Notes: a model not told the origin generated them from the sequence alone. A stretch of DNA of 64,000 bases from an uncultured Chloroflexia bacterium (GCA_963720755.1 CAVRGP010000006.1:220387-284386); one strand, 5' to 3'. Positions 10,831-20,930 are shown, counted from the stretch's first letter. Translations and numbers: made by a program.

Positions 10831-11763
10831 GTGGGCGGATCTGGGCACAAGCGCAAGCGCGGCGCCCCCGAACGCGTCCTGGTCATCGGACGGAGGCGCA
10901 CTGGCCGGCCGGTCGCCGCGGTCGTTGCTGAAGTCGGCCTCTTGATCGCTGCAGAGGGCGTGCGAGCGGACACCAAGGTCGTAAAGCGCAAGCGCAAGGT
11001 CCGCCGCGCGACTAGGAAGGCGGTCAGGGATGGTTGCGATCTGGTCGTGGCAGTCGGGGGCGACGGGCTCGTCCAACAGGTGGCCACGGCCCTTGAGGGC
11101 ACGAAGGTCGGGTTGGGGATCGTCCCGACCGGGACGGGTAACCTGCTCGCCGGCAACCTCGAGATCCCAGAGGATCAGGCGCAGGCTGTCGGTATCGCCC
11201 TCGGCGGCCGTCGTCGTCGGATCGACGTTGGCCGCCTGTGCATCGACGGAAAGCGTCGAGCGTTCACGGTCGCCTGCGGCGTCGGATTCGATGCGAACGT
11301 CATGGAGCGAACCGACAGTGAACAGAAGGGGCGCTGGGGCAAGCTCGCATACGTCGCCAACGCGGTGCTCGAAGCCGGCAACATCCACGATGTGCACCAC
11401 GACATCACGATCGACGGGGTTCGCCGGAAGACCGACGCGGCACAGGTGCTGATTGCGAATTGCGGGCGGATCGGTCCGGGCCTCACCGCCGAAGAGGTGC
11501 AGCCCGATGATGGCAGGCTGGACGTCTTCATCATCCAGGCCGACGGCCCGTTGCCGGCGCTGATGGCGGGATGGGCAGCTCTGCGAGGGATGGATCTGGG
11601 CTCGACCGACGGTAGTCGCGTGTATCACGCGAGAGCTCGCTCGGTCCGGATCGCCACGACCCCTCGCCGTCGCGTAGAGACCGATGGAGGGTCTCTCGGT
11701 CGCACCCCGATCACCGTATCCATCCGTCCGCGAGCCCTGACCGTGATGGTTCCCAGGACGTGA
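10831..11763 (+). CDS. Diacylglycerol kinase family (YegS/DAGK) lipid kinase
   Basis: VGGDG, PTGTGNLLA and PDDGRLDV motifs. Confidence 0.9.
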   Translation: MGGSGHKRKRGAPERVLVIGRRRTGRPVAAVVAEVGLLIAAEGVRADTKVVKRKRKVRRATRKAVRDGCDLVVAVGGDGLVQQVATALEGTKVGLGIVPTGTGNLLAGNLEIPEDQAQAVGIALGGRRRRIDVGRLCIDGKRRAFTVACGVGFDANVMERTDSEQKGRWGKLAYVANAVLEAGNIHDVHHDITIDGVRRKTDAAQVLIANCGRIGPGLTAEEVQPDDGRLDVFIIQADGPLPALMAGWAALRGMDLGSTDGSRVYHARARSVRIATTPRRRVETDGGSLGRTPITVSIRPRALTVMVPRT

Positions 11764-12512
11764 AGGACGAGAACGATCCGCCTATATCGGGCGAGGAGCC
11801 GGAGACGACCGCCCCGCTCCTGCCGCCCGCGACGCCGGGCCGGGTCGGTGTGGCTGGATTGGTGATCGGCTTTGCGATCGCCTTCGTGGCGTTGCTGATC
11901 TTCGCGTTCGTCGCCGACCGGATCTACCTGCAGGAAGCGTTCGCGCTTGATGCGGTCGCGAACCCATTCCTGCACGCGATCGCATCACCGGGCCTGGACG
12001 TGGCGATGACCGGCATCACCACCCTCGGGTCGATCCCGATCGTTGCTGGGCTCTTTGCCATCACGACGGTACTGCTCTTGTCCCACGGTTACCGTGCCCG
12101 GGCCATGTTCCTGGCGGCGGCGATCGGCGGGAGCATCGCGCTCAACGGTCTGCTGAAAGTGATCGTCCACCGTCCCCGACCGGCCCTGCCATGGGCGCAC
12201 GTCCTGCCTGACTACAGCTTTCCTAGCGGCCACACGATGAACACGGTCGTCTTCTACATGGCGATGGCAATGATCTTGTGGGTCACCTTCGGCCGGAGGA
12301 TCGGGTCGGCGTCGATCGTGCTTGCGCTCCTCATCTCCGTAGCCGTCGGGTTCAGTCGGATCTACCTCGGCTACCACTACCTCACCGATGTCATCGGCGG
12401 CATTGCCGCCGGCCTCGGGTGGTTACTCATCGTCGCTCTCGCGTTCGAGGTCGGGCCCCGGACGTGGGCTCGACGCCCGTGGTCGCGCCACACCGCAGGG
12501 CACCGAACGTGA
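11760..12512 (+). CDS. PAP2 family phosphatase (second copy)
   Basis: KVIVHRPRP, FPSGH, SRIYLGYHYLTD. Confidence 0.92.
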   Translation: MKDENDPPISGEEPETTAPLLPPATPGRVGVAGLVIGFAIAFVALLIFAFVADRIYLQEAFALDAVANPFLHAIASPGLDVAMTGITTLGSIPIVAGLFAITTVLLLSHGYRARAMFLAAAIGGSIALNGLLKVIVHRPRPALPWAHVLPDYSFPSGHTMNTVVFYMAMAMILWVTFGRRIGSASIVLALLISVAVGFSRIYLGYHYLTDVIGGIAAGLGWLLIVALAFEVGPRTWARRPWSRHTAGHRT

Positions 12513-14671
12513 AGGGGCTCGCGTTCTACCGGGATCAGGCCCGTCTCATCGGGGAATGGAGGGCCACCCGACTCGCCCTGATCCGGCGGTCCTTGTTGTC
12601 AGCAGTCGCGACCGGCGCAGCCCTCCTGACCATCTCCACGCTCTCACCGGATCTTGACATCGGCGGACTGTCATCGGTGGTGCTGGCCGCGACCCTGATA
12701 ACCCTTCTCAATGCGCTCCTACGCCCCGCCCTGTTGCTCACGCTCTCACCACTACCCGCCATCGCGGTCCCGACCGTCGGGTTCCTCCTCCAGGTCCCGA
12801 TCGTGTTGCTCACCGGTGCGATCGTCCCAGGGGTTCATGTCGGGACGCTGGACGCAGCCGTCCGGGACGCCGCCCTGCTCACGATCCTCAACGCGATCAT
12901 GGCCGAGATCCTGCGCGCATCGGACGACGACTCGTATCACGGCACCCAGGTGCGCAGGCTGGCTGGCCGCGAGTTCGGGCAGCCGCGGACCGTGGAGCCC
13001 GGGCTGCTGATGGTCCAACTTGACGGCCTGAGTCGGCCCGTCCTTGAGAACGAGATGCGCGCCGGGAGGATGCCGACCCTCGCCTATCTCGTCCAGAGCG
13101 GCAGGTATCGGCTCGACCCATGGTCCACGCTGCTGCCACCGGTCACGCCCGTGAGTCAGGCAGGCATCCTGCACGGCGACAACGACGAGATGCCCGGGTT
13201 CCGCTGGTTCGAGAAATCGTCGAAGACCCTGGTCGTCGCGAACACCCCCGAGGGCGCCTCCGAGATCGTCAAGCGCCGGTCGAATGGCCACGGCCTCCTC
13301 GCCGACGACGGCGCGAGCATCGGGAATCTGGTGACCGGAGACGCTGCTCGGAGCTACCTAACCATGGCCACCATCATGGAGGACACCCCGGCGCCGGACG
13401 ACCCACGCCGTCTCCGCGGCATCTTCGTGAGTCAGGTCAACTACATCCGTCTGTTTGTGCTGACCCTGGGCGAGGTCGCCAAGGAGTTGTACCAGCGGGA
13501 ACGGCAGCACGGGCGAGGGATCGAACCGCGGATTCGGCGCGACTTCCACTACGCCTTCGAACGTGCATTGACCAACGTCTCGCTGCGGAATCTCACGACC
13601 GCCCTGGTCATCGAGGAGATGTTCGGTCGTGCGCCGTCGATCTACGTCGACTACACCGGGTACGACGCCCTGGCCCACCACGTCGGGCCCGAACGCGCCG
13701 AGGCGGTCGATGCTCTCGACGGGCTGGACCGGACGATCCACAGCCTCATGAAGGCCGCCCGCGATGCGCCCCGGCCCTACACCTTCGTCTTCCTCTCCGA
13801 CCACGGCCAGTGCCTCGGCCAGCCCTTCACGCAGGCGTACGGCGAATCGCTCGAGGACGTTGCGCGACGACTCATGGACGACCCGTCGCCACCCTCCACT
13901 CGCGGAGGGGCATGGGAGTACCGCGGGATCGGCCGAGTGATCCTCGGCGAACTCGGCCGAGGTCGCGGAGCCAGGCAGACGGTGGCTCGGCGCGCCGCTC
14001 GAAGACGAACTCGTCGGTCGGCCGCAGACGACGATGGTGCCCTGGTGGCGTGTGCGTCGGGCAATCTGGCGCTGCTGTATCTGACGATGTCAGACGATCG
14101 GGTGGACCGCGAGGACATCGAAATGGCGTACCCAGCCCTCATCCCGGGCTTGATCGAGCACGCGGGCGTAGGTCTGGTCATGTGCCATTCACAGGCTGAC
14201 GGACCCGTCGTCATCTCCCGCTCCGGCGAGCACTGGCTGGCGTCCGGACGGATCGTGGGGACCGACCCGTTGGAGCCGTTCGGGCCGCTCGCACGAGAGA
14301 GCCTTCGACGGCTTGATGCGTTCTCCAATGCAGGCGACCTGACGGTGATCGGACCATACGATGCCGATACGGGCCAGGTCGTGTCGTACGAGGATCTTGT
14401 CGGCTCGCACGGCGGTCTCGGTGGATGGCAGGGAGAGCCGTTCCTTCTGCATCCGACGGAGTTGGCGATCGAGGGCCAGCTGGTTGGGCCCGTTGCCGTC
14501 CACCACACCCTTCGTCGATGGCTTCGATCGCTGCGGTTCGACCCGACGGACGTCGACCCAGGATCGCCGCCGGAGTCAATTGCGGTCAGCGGATCGACCA
14601 GCGAGGACAGCCAGGACGCTGGACAGAGGCGGATCGCGACGCGCGCCGCCAGCGAGGGCACCCCTGTCTGA
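12509..14671 (+). CDS. Phage-holin-like (4 TM) domain fused to an alkaline-phosphatase-superfamily domain
   Basis: GTG overlaps the upstream stop; 4 TM, then QLDGLS, TPVSQAGILHG, YDALAHH, LSDHGQ, GSHGGLGG. Confidence 0.8.
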   Translation: MKGLAFYRDQARLIGEWRATRLALIRRSLLSAVATGAALLTISTLSPDLDIGGLSSVVLAATLITLLNALLRPALLLTLSPLPAIAVPTVGFLLQVPIVLLTGAIVPGVHVGTLDAAVRDAALLTILNAIMAEILRASDDDSYHGTQVRRLAGREFGQPRTVEPGLLMVQLDGLSRPVLENEMRAGRMPTLAYLVQSGRYRLDPWSTLLPPVTPVSQAGILHGDNDEMPGFRWFEKSSKTLVVANTPEGASEIVKRRSNGHGLLADDGASIGNLVTGDAARSYLTMATIMEDTPAPDDPRRLRGIFVSQVNYIRLFVLTLGEVAKELYQRERQHGRGIEPRIRRDFHYAFERALTNVSLRNLTTALVIEEMFGRAPSIYVDYTGYDALAHHVGPERAEAVDALDGLDRTIHSLMKAARDAPRPYTFVFLSDHGQCLGQPFTQAYGESLEDVARRLMDDPSPPSTRGGAWEYRGIGRVILGELGRGRGARQTVARRAARRRTRRSAADDDGALVACASGNLALLYLTMSDDRVDREDIEMAYPALIPGLIEHAGVGLVMCHSQADGPVVISRSGEHWLASGRIVGTDPLEPFGPLARESLRRLDAFSNAGDLTVIGPYDADTGQVVSYEDLVGSHGGLGGWQGEPFLLHPTELAIEGQLVGPVAVHHTLRRWLRSLRFDPTDVDPGSPPESIAVSGSTSEDSQDAGQRRIATRAASEGTPV

Positions 14672-14683
14672 GCGCCGGAATGG

Positions 14684-15430
14684 TCAGACGTCGAGCACGG
14701 TGACCAACGGAAGGTGATCCGAAGCCCGCGTGAGCAAACTCGGATCCTCGTCCGCCGGGGCGCACTCGACCAGCTCCTCGATCAGAGCTGACCCAAGCAT
14801 CGTGTAGTCGAGTCGGACCGTCGGACGCGCAGTGGGCATCGTCAGGCCAGGCTCGGTCGGGTGGAGATGTCGGTAGGCGTCGACCAGACCCGCCCCGGCC
14901 AACGCCGCCATAACCTCGGATCGGATACCACCGTCGAACCGGAGCATGATCCTGATCCAGGCGGGCAGCATGGCGACCAACGGGACGTCGCCGACGGCGA
15001 TCGAATTCAGGTCACCCGCGATCACGGACCGCGCACGTCCCGGACCCGCCGCGACAGACTCGAGCAGACTTCCGACCTCGATCAGGCGAACGGCCTCGCC
15101 TCGTCGTGACAGGCCGGACGATAGGTGTACCGCGAAGACGCGCACGTCGTGATCGACGAGTCGCAGGGAGACGAAGGCGCGCCCGGGTCGGAGCTGCCCC
15201 CATGTGACGTCCTCCACCCTGGATCGGCTGAGCACAGCGACCGACGCCCCTTGGGCCGTCGCGACGACCTCAAGGTCAAGCGCGCTGCCGAGGGCGTCGA
15301 CGACTGTCGGGTCGGTCGCCTCCTGCAGGACGACGATGTCCGCGCGGATCCGCTCAAGGACGGCAGCGATGGCCATTTTGCGTCGACGACCACCGAAGCG
15401 GATGTTGTATCCGACGAGTCGCAGCGTCAA
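14684..15430 (-). CDS. Endonuclease/exonuclease/phosphatase (EEP) family protein
   Basis: YNI, LQEA, AGDLN, RLDY and ASDHLP motifs; TTG start overlaps the upstream stop. Confidence 0.88.
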   Translation of the reverse strand: MTLRLVGYNIRFGGRRRKMAIAAVLERIRADIVVLQEATDPTVVDALGSALDLEVVATAQGASVAVLSRSRVEDVTWGQLRPGRAFVSLRLVDHDVRVFAVHLSSGLSRRGEAVRLIEVGSLLESVAAGPGRARSVIAGDLNSIAVGDVPLVAMLPAWIRIMLRFDGGIRSEVMAALAGAGLVDAYRHLHPTEPGLTMPTARPTVRLDYTMLGSALIEELVECAPADEDPSLLTRASDHLPLVTVLDV

Positions 15431-16314
15431 TCCGCTGGGTCCAGCTCGACATATTGCTGACCCTGGACGACGGCCCGCAACTCCAAGAACCATCCGGCCA
15501 TCGATTGCAGGCTCACAGGACGTCCCGCGATCCGTTGGGCAGCGTCCCGCGTCGGGTCCAACGTGGGAGCGACCCAGCGCGCTTGATCGCTAAGGGGCAA
15601 GGTGTTCAATCCGCCGAGCAGACGAGCATCAGGGACCCATGCTCTTGCTGCCTTGTCGCCGACCACCACGAGGTCCAGATCGCTGCTGCCGAATCCACGC
15701 CCATCGAATGGAACGCCCGTCTCGTAGCTTCGTCCGTTCACCGCACTACCGCGGAGATAGATCCTCGTGCCATCCGGGAGTCCTTCGCGCAGGACAGCCA
15801 GGAAGCGGCCCACCTCATCGAGATGAGTTCCGAAAATCCGGGCGAGTGCCGCATCGAGGAGCCCGACCGCCGTCGGCTGTTCGGCGCGGAGCATCTGGAT
15901 GACTCGACTTGCAACCTCGGCGTGATCTGGTGACAGCCCAAGCACCTGAAAGTCCACACCTGGATGGGAATCGATGATCGGGGCGAGAGCAGCCCGGGCC
16001 GCCATCGTTTCCAACGGACGTGACGGGCCGTCCAGCACGATGGACGTCGGGAGGATCACGATCCGAGTCGCGCCCTGGTTGATGGCACGGTTCGCGAGAG
16101 CAGCCGCTCGGTCTCCGGTGGCCCGCCACGCCCAGACTCGCGGCGGCGCATCACCCGGAGATGCCGGGAGATCCGCGGCGTCGCTGGCGACCGCGCGGCG
16201 CACTGCCGCCCACATCGCCACGGGATCCTCGACGGATTGCCCGATGACTACGAAGTCCTCGACCCGTTCGGGAGGCGCCGGAGGTGGCTGCGCCAGGCGG
16301 ACGACGCTGCTCAT
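15427..16314 (-). CDS. Hypothetical protein with C-terminal nucleotidyltransferase-like motif
   Basis: RGSAVNG...SSDLDLVVV (GS...DxD). Confidence 0.6.
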   Translation of the reverse strand: MSSVVRLAQPPPAPPERVEDFVVIGQSVEDPVAMWAAVRRAVASDAADLPASPGDAPPRVWAWRATGDRAAALANRAINQGATRIVILPTSIVLDGPSRPLETMAARAALAPIIDSHPGVDFQVLGLSPDHAEVASRVIQMLRAEQPTAVGLLDAALARIFGTHLDEVGRFLAVLREGLPDGTRIYLRGSAVNGRSYETGVPFDGRGFGSSDLDLVVVGDKAARAWVPDARLLGGLNTLPLSDQARWVAPTLDPTRDAAQRIAGRPVSLQSMAGWFLELRAVVQGQQYVELDPAD

Positions 16315-17468
16315 GGCGCCGCCACCGCCTCGGCCGCGTCTTGCTTCGCTGGCCGACCATCTTCAGGTGCCGGTTCACTGGACTTGATGGCAGCGACATC
16401 CTCCGCCACAGGGATCTCCCGGGCCTGGAACCGGGTGAGAATGATCTCGACGGAAGCGGCGATCGGCACCGCCAGGAGTGCACCGAGGATCCCCGCGACC
16501 GCGCCGCCGACTAGCAGGCTAAGCAACACGAACAGTGGGGAAATGCCGACGGCGTTGCGCATGATCATCGGCACAAGGACACTGCCCTCGACGAGCTGCA
16601 ATACGACGTACACGAGGGCCACCTCGATCGCCAGCTGCGGGGACACGGTCGCCGCCACGAGGACCGCCGGGATCGCACCGAGCAATGGACCGACGATCGG
16701 GATAGCCTCCGCGAGAGCGGCGACGAGTGCCAGGAGCAGGGCCACGGGAAGGCCCAGGAACGTATAGGCAAGCCCTGTCGCCAGGCCCATCGCCGCCATC
16801 AAGAGGAGCTGGCCGCGGGCCCACATCCCCAGACGGCTCTCGATGTCGTTCCAGGCGTCACGGATACCGGCTCGTCGCTCCGGCGCGACGTAGGCGAGCA
16901 GGTATCGTTGCAGCCGAGCGTGCTCGACTAGCCAGAAGAAGACGATCGTCAGTAGGGTCGTGAAGGTGATGGCCGCCTCAGCGGCAAACGTGCCGACCTT
17001 GGTCACCTCCTCGGTGCCAGGTGGCGGGCTCGCGCCCACGACCTTGGCCGCCGACGCGGTGACGGCGGACACGGACGTCGACAGGATCTCCGGGCGCAAC
17101 GTCGAAGCCCATGCGTTGGCGGAGTCGAAGAACCTGGGTAGCCCGGCCGCCACTTGCTCTCCCTGGCTGATCGCGATCGGGACGACAACGAGCGCGAGCC
17201 CGACCACGGAGATGAAGAACGACAGGTAGACGAGCAGGATCGACGTGCCGCGTCCGACAGGGAGCCGACCCCTGACCGATCCGATGATCGGCTCGATGGC
17301 CGAGGCGAGGACGATCGCGATGAACAACAGCACCAAGACGCCCGAGGCCGCGACAGCCAGCGCCATGAGGCCGATCGCCAGACCGGCGCCGACCGCCAGA
17401 CCGCTGCCTCGCGTCACCCACGGCGAAAACTCAGATCCCAAATGATTCCCTCTATCCGAGAAGGGCAT
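16311..17468 (-). CDS. AI-2E (PerM) family transporter
   Basis: EAIPIVGP, QLVEGSVLVP, GILGALLAVP. Confidence 0.9.
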   Translation of the reverse strand: MPFSDRGNHLGSEFSPWVTRGSGLAVGAGLAIGLMALAVAASGVLVLLFIAIVLASAIEPIIGSVRGRLPVGRGTSILLVYLSFFISVVGLALVVVPIAISQGEQVAAGLPRFFDSANAWASTLRPEILSTSVSAVTASAAKVVGASPPPGTEEVTKVGTFAAEAAITFTTLLTIVFFWLVEHARLQRYLLAYVAPERRAGIRDAWNDIESRLGMWARGQLLLMAAMGLATGLAYTFLGLPVALLLALVAALAEAIPIVGPLLGAIPAVLVAATVSPQLAIEVALVYVVLQLVEGSVLVPMIMRNAVGISPLFVLLSLLVGGAVAGILGALLAVPIAASVEIILTRFQAREIPVAEDVAAIKSSEPAPEDGRPAKQDAAEAVAAP

Positions 17469-17839
17469 GCTGGGCCACTGGACGTCACTCACGGTCGCGA
17501 CCAGGGCTTCCTCGGCGTTGCGGGTGTATGACAAACGGTAGGGTCGCGACTCTGGGTCGCGACGCCGGAGGGCAACGTCACGTGCCTGCGATGGGTTCAT
17601 GCCGTCCGTATGTCGCGACAGCCTCGGCTGTGATTCGACCATGTCAGGAGACCCGGGTGATCCGGGCGACGTGCTCGCGCGCCTCCGCGGAACGCGCTAG
17701 CGACGATGCTCGCGGGGACCAGATTCGGGACAAGATCCGTGAAGCGACCAGGAGCCGAGACCCTATGGTGGACCGACCCCGCACTCATGGACAGGACGTC
17801 GGCGTCGTGCGTGACATGCGTGCCCAGACCGACCGATCG

Positions 17840-17911
17840 ATGGACGCACTGCAGTACGCACTCGCCTTTCTGGCGATCATCGCCGCATTCCTGCTCGCGT
17901 TGCTTCGCTGA
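17840..17911 (+). CDS. Putative 23-aa single-TM small protein
   Basis: MDALQYALAFLAIIAAFLLALLR, followed by a GC-rich hairpin; no clear RBS. Confidence 0.35.
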   Translation: MDALQYALAFLAIIAAFLLALLR

Positions 17912-18150
17912 CCGCCGCGACCGGGACGCGACCCCACCGTGGTGGCGCGCTCAGGGGCGCCCATATGACGCGGGCATGCGGGACCGCGATGTCGCTCTGT
18001 CGGCCGCGCTCCTCTTGGGCGGTCCGGCGCCGAAGCGTAGGTGAGGCCCCCGCAGCCAGGCATCCCCGACTGGATCGAGCCGACGGTGTGGTTCGCGTAT
18101 TGCCCTTGGCCGGCGGCGAAGGTCCGGTCGGCCTCCCACCGGAAGGGGAG

Positions 18151-18197
18151 TGGAGCGGAGACTCGGATCTGGACCGAGGACCTGCTGATTACCAATC
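18151..18197 (-). pseudogene. 3' half of a tRNA-Thr(GGT), att-site-like remnant
   Basis: Reverse complement GATTGGTAATCAGCAGGTCCTCGGTCCAGATCCGAGTCTCCGCTCCA: anticodon loop, T-arm and CCA, with no D-arm or 5' acceptor strand. Confidence 0.75.
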
Positions 18198-18294
18198 GGT
18201 GCAAACGGCAGGTATCGGCGAGCTCACAGGAGGCTGCAGACACGAATCCCGCAAGCGGCCGGTAGAACCGCTCCTCCTCCGGGGCGCCGTTCAG

Positions 18295-18678
18295 CTACAC
18301 CCGGCGCTTCGCCACGCCGGCCCGAACGATGGCCTCGACGGCCGCCGGGTCGAACGCGTCGCCCTCATACCAGTCGATGCCGCGCCGCCGACTGCTGTCG
18401 GGGTACGCGTTGAAGAGGTGCTGCGGGTCGGGTAGTGCCGCGCCGTCACTCATCGTGAGGCGGACCCGCTCCTTGAGGACATTGATGTGGCACACGATGC
18501 CGTCGTGTTCGAAGCAGGGAGTGCCCGGGAGCTTTGCCGAGACCCACTTCCAGGTCTCGACGATGTCCGGATCGGCCGCATGGATCGCGGCACGGAGCCG
18601 AGCCACCATCTCGCCCTTCCAGCCAGGGTTCGAGGCGATGAGCTCGTCCAGCCGCGGGTTTCGATTCGTCTCCATCAC
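18295..18678 (-). CDS. DUF1801/YdhG-like protein
   Basis: LRAAIHAADPDIVETWKW...GAALPDPQHLFN. Confidence 0.85.
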   Translation of the reverse strand: MMETNRNPRLDELIASNPGWKGEMVARLRAAIHAADPDIVETWKWVSAKLPGTPCFEHDGIVCHINVLKERVRLTMSDGAALPDPQHLFNAYPDSSRRRGIDWYEGDAFDPAAVEAIVRAGVAKRRV

Positions 18679-18729
18679 TCGAGACTATGCCAGAGCAGCG
18701 ACGAGGGCATCAATTCGTCCGACGCGTTC

Positions 18730-18930
18730 GGGCCGCTGCATCCGGCAACCGCGGGACGAGGATCCACACGAGCTGCGCCGTCGTCTCGGCCCCGACCTTG
18801 GACCGCGCATTCGCCAGGTGGTGCTTCACGGTCGAGTGCGCGGGCCGAGGAAGTGCGCGGGCCGAGGAGGTGGGCGGCTGCCTTCTCGGAGCCGGTCGCG
18901 ACGACCGCGGTATCTACTTGGCCGTTTGGG
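18730..18930 (-). pseudogene. Frameshifted small LuxR-type HTH gene
   Basis: VVATGSEKAAAHLLG in one frame and HSTVKHHLANARSKVGAETTAQLVWI in another; perfect 17-bp tandem duplication at 18835-18868. Confidence 0.7.
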
Positions 18931-18958
18931 CGATGGGTTCCGCCGCGTGCGGTCGAGC

Positions 18959-19528
18959 TCAAATCGGCGACTCGCCTCTCGCGAGCATGTCGACGTAGGT
19001 TTCGATCTTGCGGGCTCGCGTCTCGGCGCGCTTGAGCGCGAGTAACCGGAACACGATGCTGAAGCGCCCTTGCGCGCTCAACGCGGCGAAGGTCGCCGCG
19101 GCCGCGGGGGATGCGTCGAGCGCCGCCTGCAGGTCTTCGGGAATCTGCGCGCCCTTCTGCCGATACGCCGCCTCCCAGCGACCGTCGGCCTGCGCCCGCT
19201 GCACCTGCTCGATACCGGAGGCGCGCATGCGACCCTCGTCAGTCAGGCGGGCGATGATCTCGACATTGCGCTGCGACCACACCGACCGTGCGCGGCGCGG
19301 CGTGAACACCTGCAGAAAATAGTCGGTGTCGAGGCCCTTAACCTGACCATCGATCCAGCCGTAGCACAGAGCCAAATCGAGAGCATCGTCGTAGGTGATG
19401 CCGGGCGCGTTCGACGCCTTCCTGCGAATCTGCAGTCGCACCCCGACGTGGTCGAGGTTCTCGTTCAGCCACGACTCCCATCGCTCGACCGTCTCGAAAA
19501 GCATGATCGGCTTCTCGTCGTTGGACAC
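18959..19528 (-). CDS. YdeI/OmpD-associated family protein
   Basis: ALCYGWIDG, FTPRRARSVWS, ADGRWEAAY, IPEDLQAAL. Confidence 0.9.
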   Translation of the reverse strand: MSNDEKPIMLFETVERWESWLNENLDHVGVRLQIRRKASNAPGITYDDALDLALCYGWIDGQVKGLDTDYFLQVFTPRRARSVWSQRNVEIIARLTDEGRMRASGIEQVQRAQADGRWEAAYRQKGAQIPEDLQAALDASPAAAATFAALSAQGRFSIVFRLLALKRAETRARKIETYVDMLARGESPI

Positions 19529-19602
19529 CACACGTTCAGGGTAGATGACTCGGCATCGCGCCAGGCGAGCGCACGTTTCTGGCGCCTCACGCACGAAAGG
19601 AG

Positions 19603-19677
19603 TGGAGCCGACACTCGGACTTGAACCGAGGACCTGCTGTTTACGAAACAGCTGCTCTACCACTGAGCTATGTCGGC
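19603..19677 (-). tRNA. tRNA-Thr(CGT)
   Basis: GCCGACATAGCTCAGTGGTAGAGCAGCTGTTTCGTAAACAGCAGGTCCTCGGTTCAAGTCCGAGTGTCGGCTCCA folds as a cloverleaf with encoded CCA. Confidence 0.97.
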
Positions 19678-20045
19678 GCGATGGCGAGTATAGGCGATGC
19701 TCGTATGTAATCCTGTTGTTCACGTTCAGCGGAGCGGGGCGAACGTTCGTGCTCGCGGGGTTAGCACAGCGCTCGAATAGCTGATAACTGTTGGCACAGG
19801 GCCTTTGGTGATGCGTGCGCCTGGCTCCAGCAACAGAACGACGGTTCGACCTGGCTGGCAGGCATCGCATGGGATGCCCGCTCCAACGTCCGGTTCTTCC
19901 AATCACCTTCCAACCCTGAGATTGTGGGAAACCGATCAGGCCGTTTCTGTGCCAGTTGTGTCGTCGATTGCCTGGGCCTAGACATTCCGCCGCACAGGTG
20001 GAGTTACTCCCCGGGCGTGGCCGATGGGCGACCCGGTTGACCTCC

Positions 20046-20621
20046 TCACGGAGGCGTCTCCCGCCCGGTGGTGTCCTCCTGCATCTGCCTCGCTTGAGCC
20101 CGTCTGGCGGCTTCGAGTGCCGCGCGAAGGTCCTTCATCAACAGGACGACGTGAAGCGCGTCCGTGGGCGACTGCTCGAAGCCCGGGTCAATCCCGAGGT
20201 AGAAGTCTCGCGCGGCAGGCGTTTCGCAGTGGATTAGCAGTGCGCGAACACCGACTCGCTCCGCGGTTGCAGCCGTCTGCAGGAATGCATCCTGCACGAG
20301 CGCTGTGCCGAGACCTCGGCCCTGTGAGCTTCGGTCCGTTCCGAGCCGGGTCAGGAGTACGACGGGTACCGGGTGTTGCCCAAGGCCCTTGAGCATTCGC
20401 GGCGGGGCCTCTTCGTGGGTGACGGATCCCGCGGCCAAGGCGTAGTAGCCAACCACGGTGTGCGTTTCCGACAAGCAGACGACGTAGACCCTGGCGGACC
20501 CCGCCTGCTGCGCGTTGTGCGCATGCCGGCGGAGCCAATCCGACTGGGCTTCGGAACCGCAATCGAACGACCCAACGTCGTGATCACGTCCGAGCAGTTC
20601 GATCGGGCTGAAGCTCGTCAA
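20046..20621 (-). CDS. GNAT acetyltransferase toxin (TacT/AtaT-like)
   Basis: FDCGS, VVGYYAL, PVVLLTRLG, QGRGLG; downstream of and overlapping the DUF1778 gene. Confidence 0.9.
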   Translation of the reverse strand: MTSFSPIELLGRDHDVGSFDCGSEAQSDWLRRHAHNAQQAGSARVYVVCLSETHTVVGYYALAAGSVTHEEAPPRMLKGLGQHPVPVVLLTRLGTDRSSQGRGLGTALVQDAFLQTAATAERVGVRALLIHCETPAARDFYLGIDPGFEQSPTDALHVVLLMKDLRAALEAARRAQARQMQEDTTGRETPP

Positions 20622-20890
20622 GCCTCGTCAAGGACGCTAGGTCTTGCCAGGAACGCGGCAAGCCCCGTCATCGGGCGGGTTTCGCGATCGAGCAGATCGA
20701 CGAACGCATTCCATCGTTCCACCGGCAACTCGAACACAACGCGGTCTGCCAGTACTGTCCGAGCGGCCTCAGTGGCATGGGACAGGACGAAGCCACTGAC
20801 CGTCATACCGCTCACGGTCGCAGCCTCATCCAGCAAATGGCGCTGTTCGGCACTAACTCGGACCTCGAGCCGAGCGTTCTTCTGACTCAT
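20618..20890 (-). CDS. DUF1778 ribbon-helix-helix antitoxin (TacA-like)
   Basis: KNARLEVRVS...LDEAA...GMTVSGFVL...F..LLD. Confidence 0.9.
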   Translation of the reverse strand: MSQKNARLEVRVSAEQRHLLDEAATVSGMTVSGFVLSHATEAARTVLADRVVFELPVERWNAFVDLLDRETRPMTGLAAFLARPSVLDEA

Positions 20891-20930
20891 CGCCTGTCGT
20901 GGTCGATACGGGCTTCCATGTCATCGTCCT

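Noticed and set aside
12509-12930. Holin-like domain as evidence of a prophage
   Set aside because: Fused to a phosphatase-type domain, with no phage genes nearby
19740-19749. CGAACGTTCG as a LexA box
   Set aside because: Lacks the 4-nt spacer of GAAC-N4-GTTC
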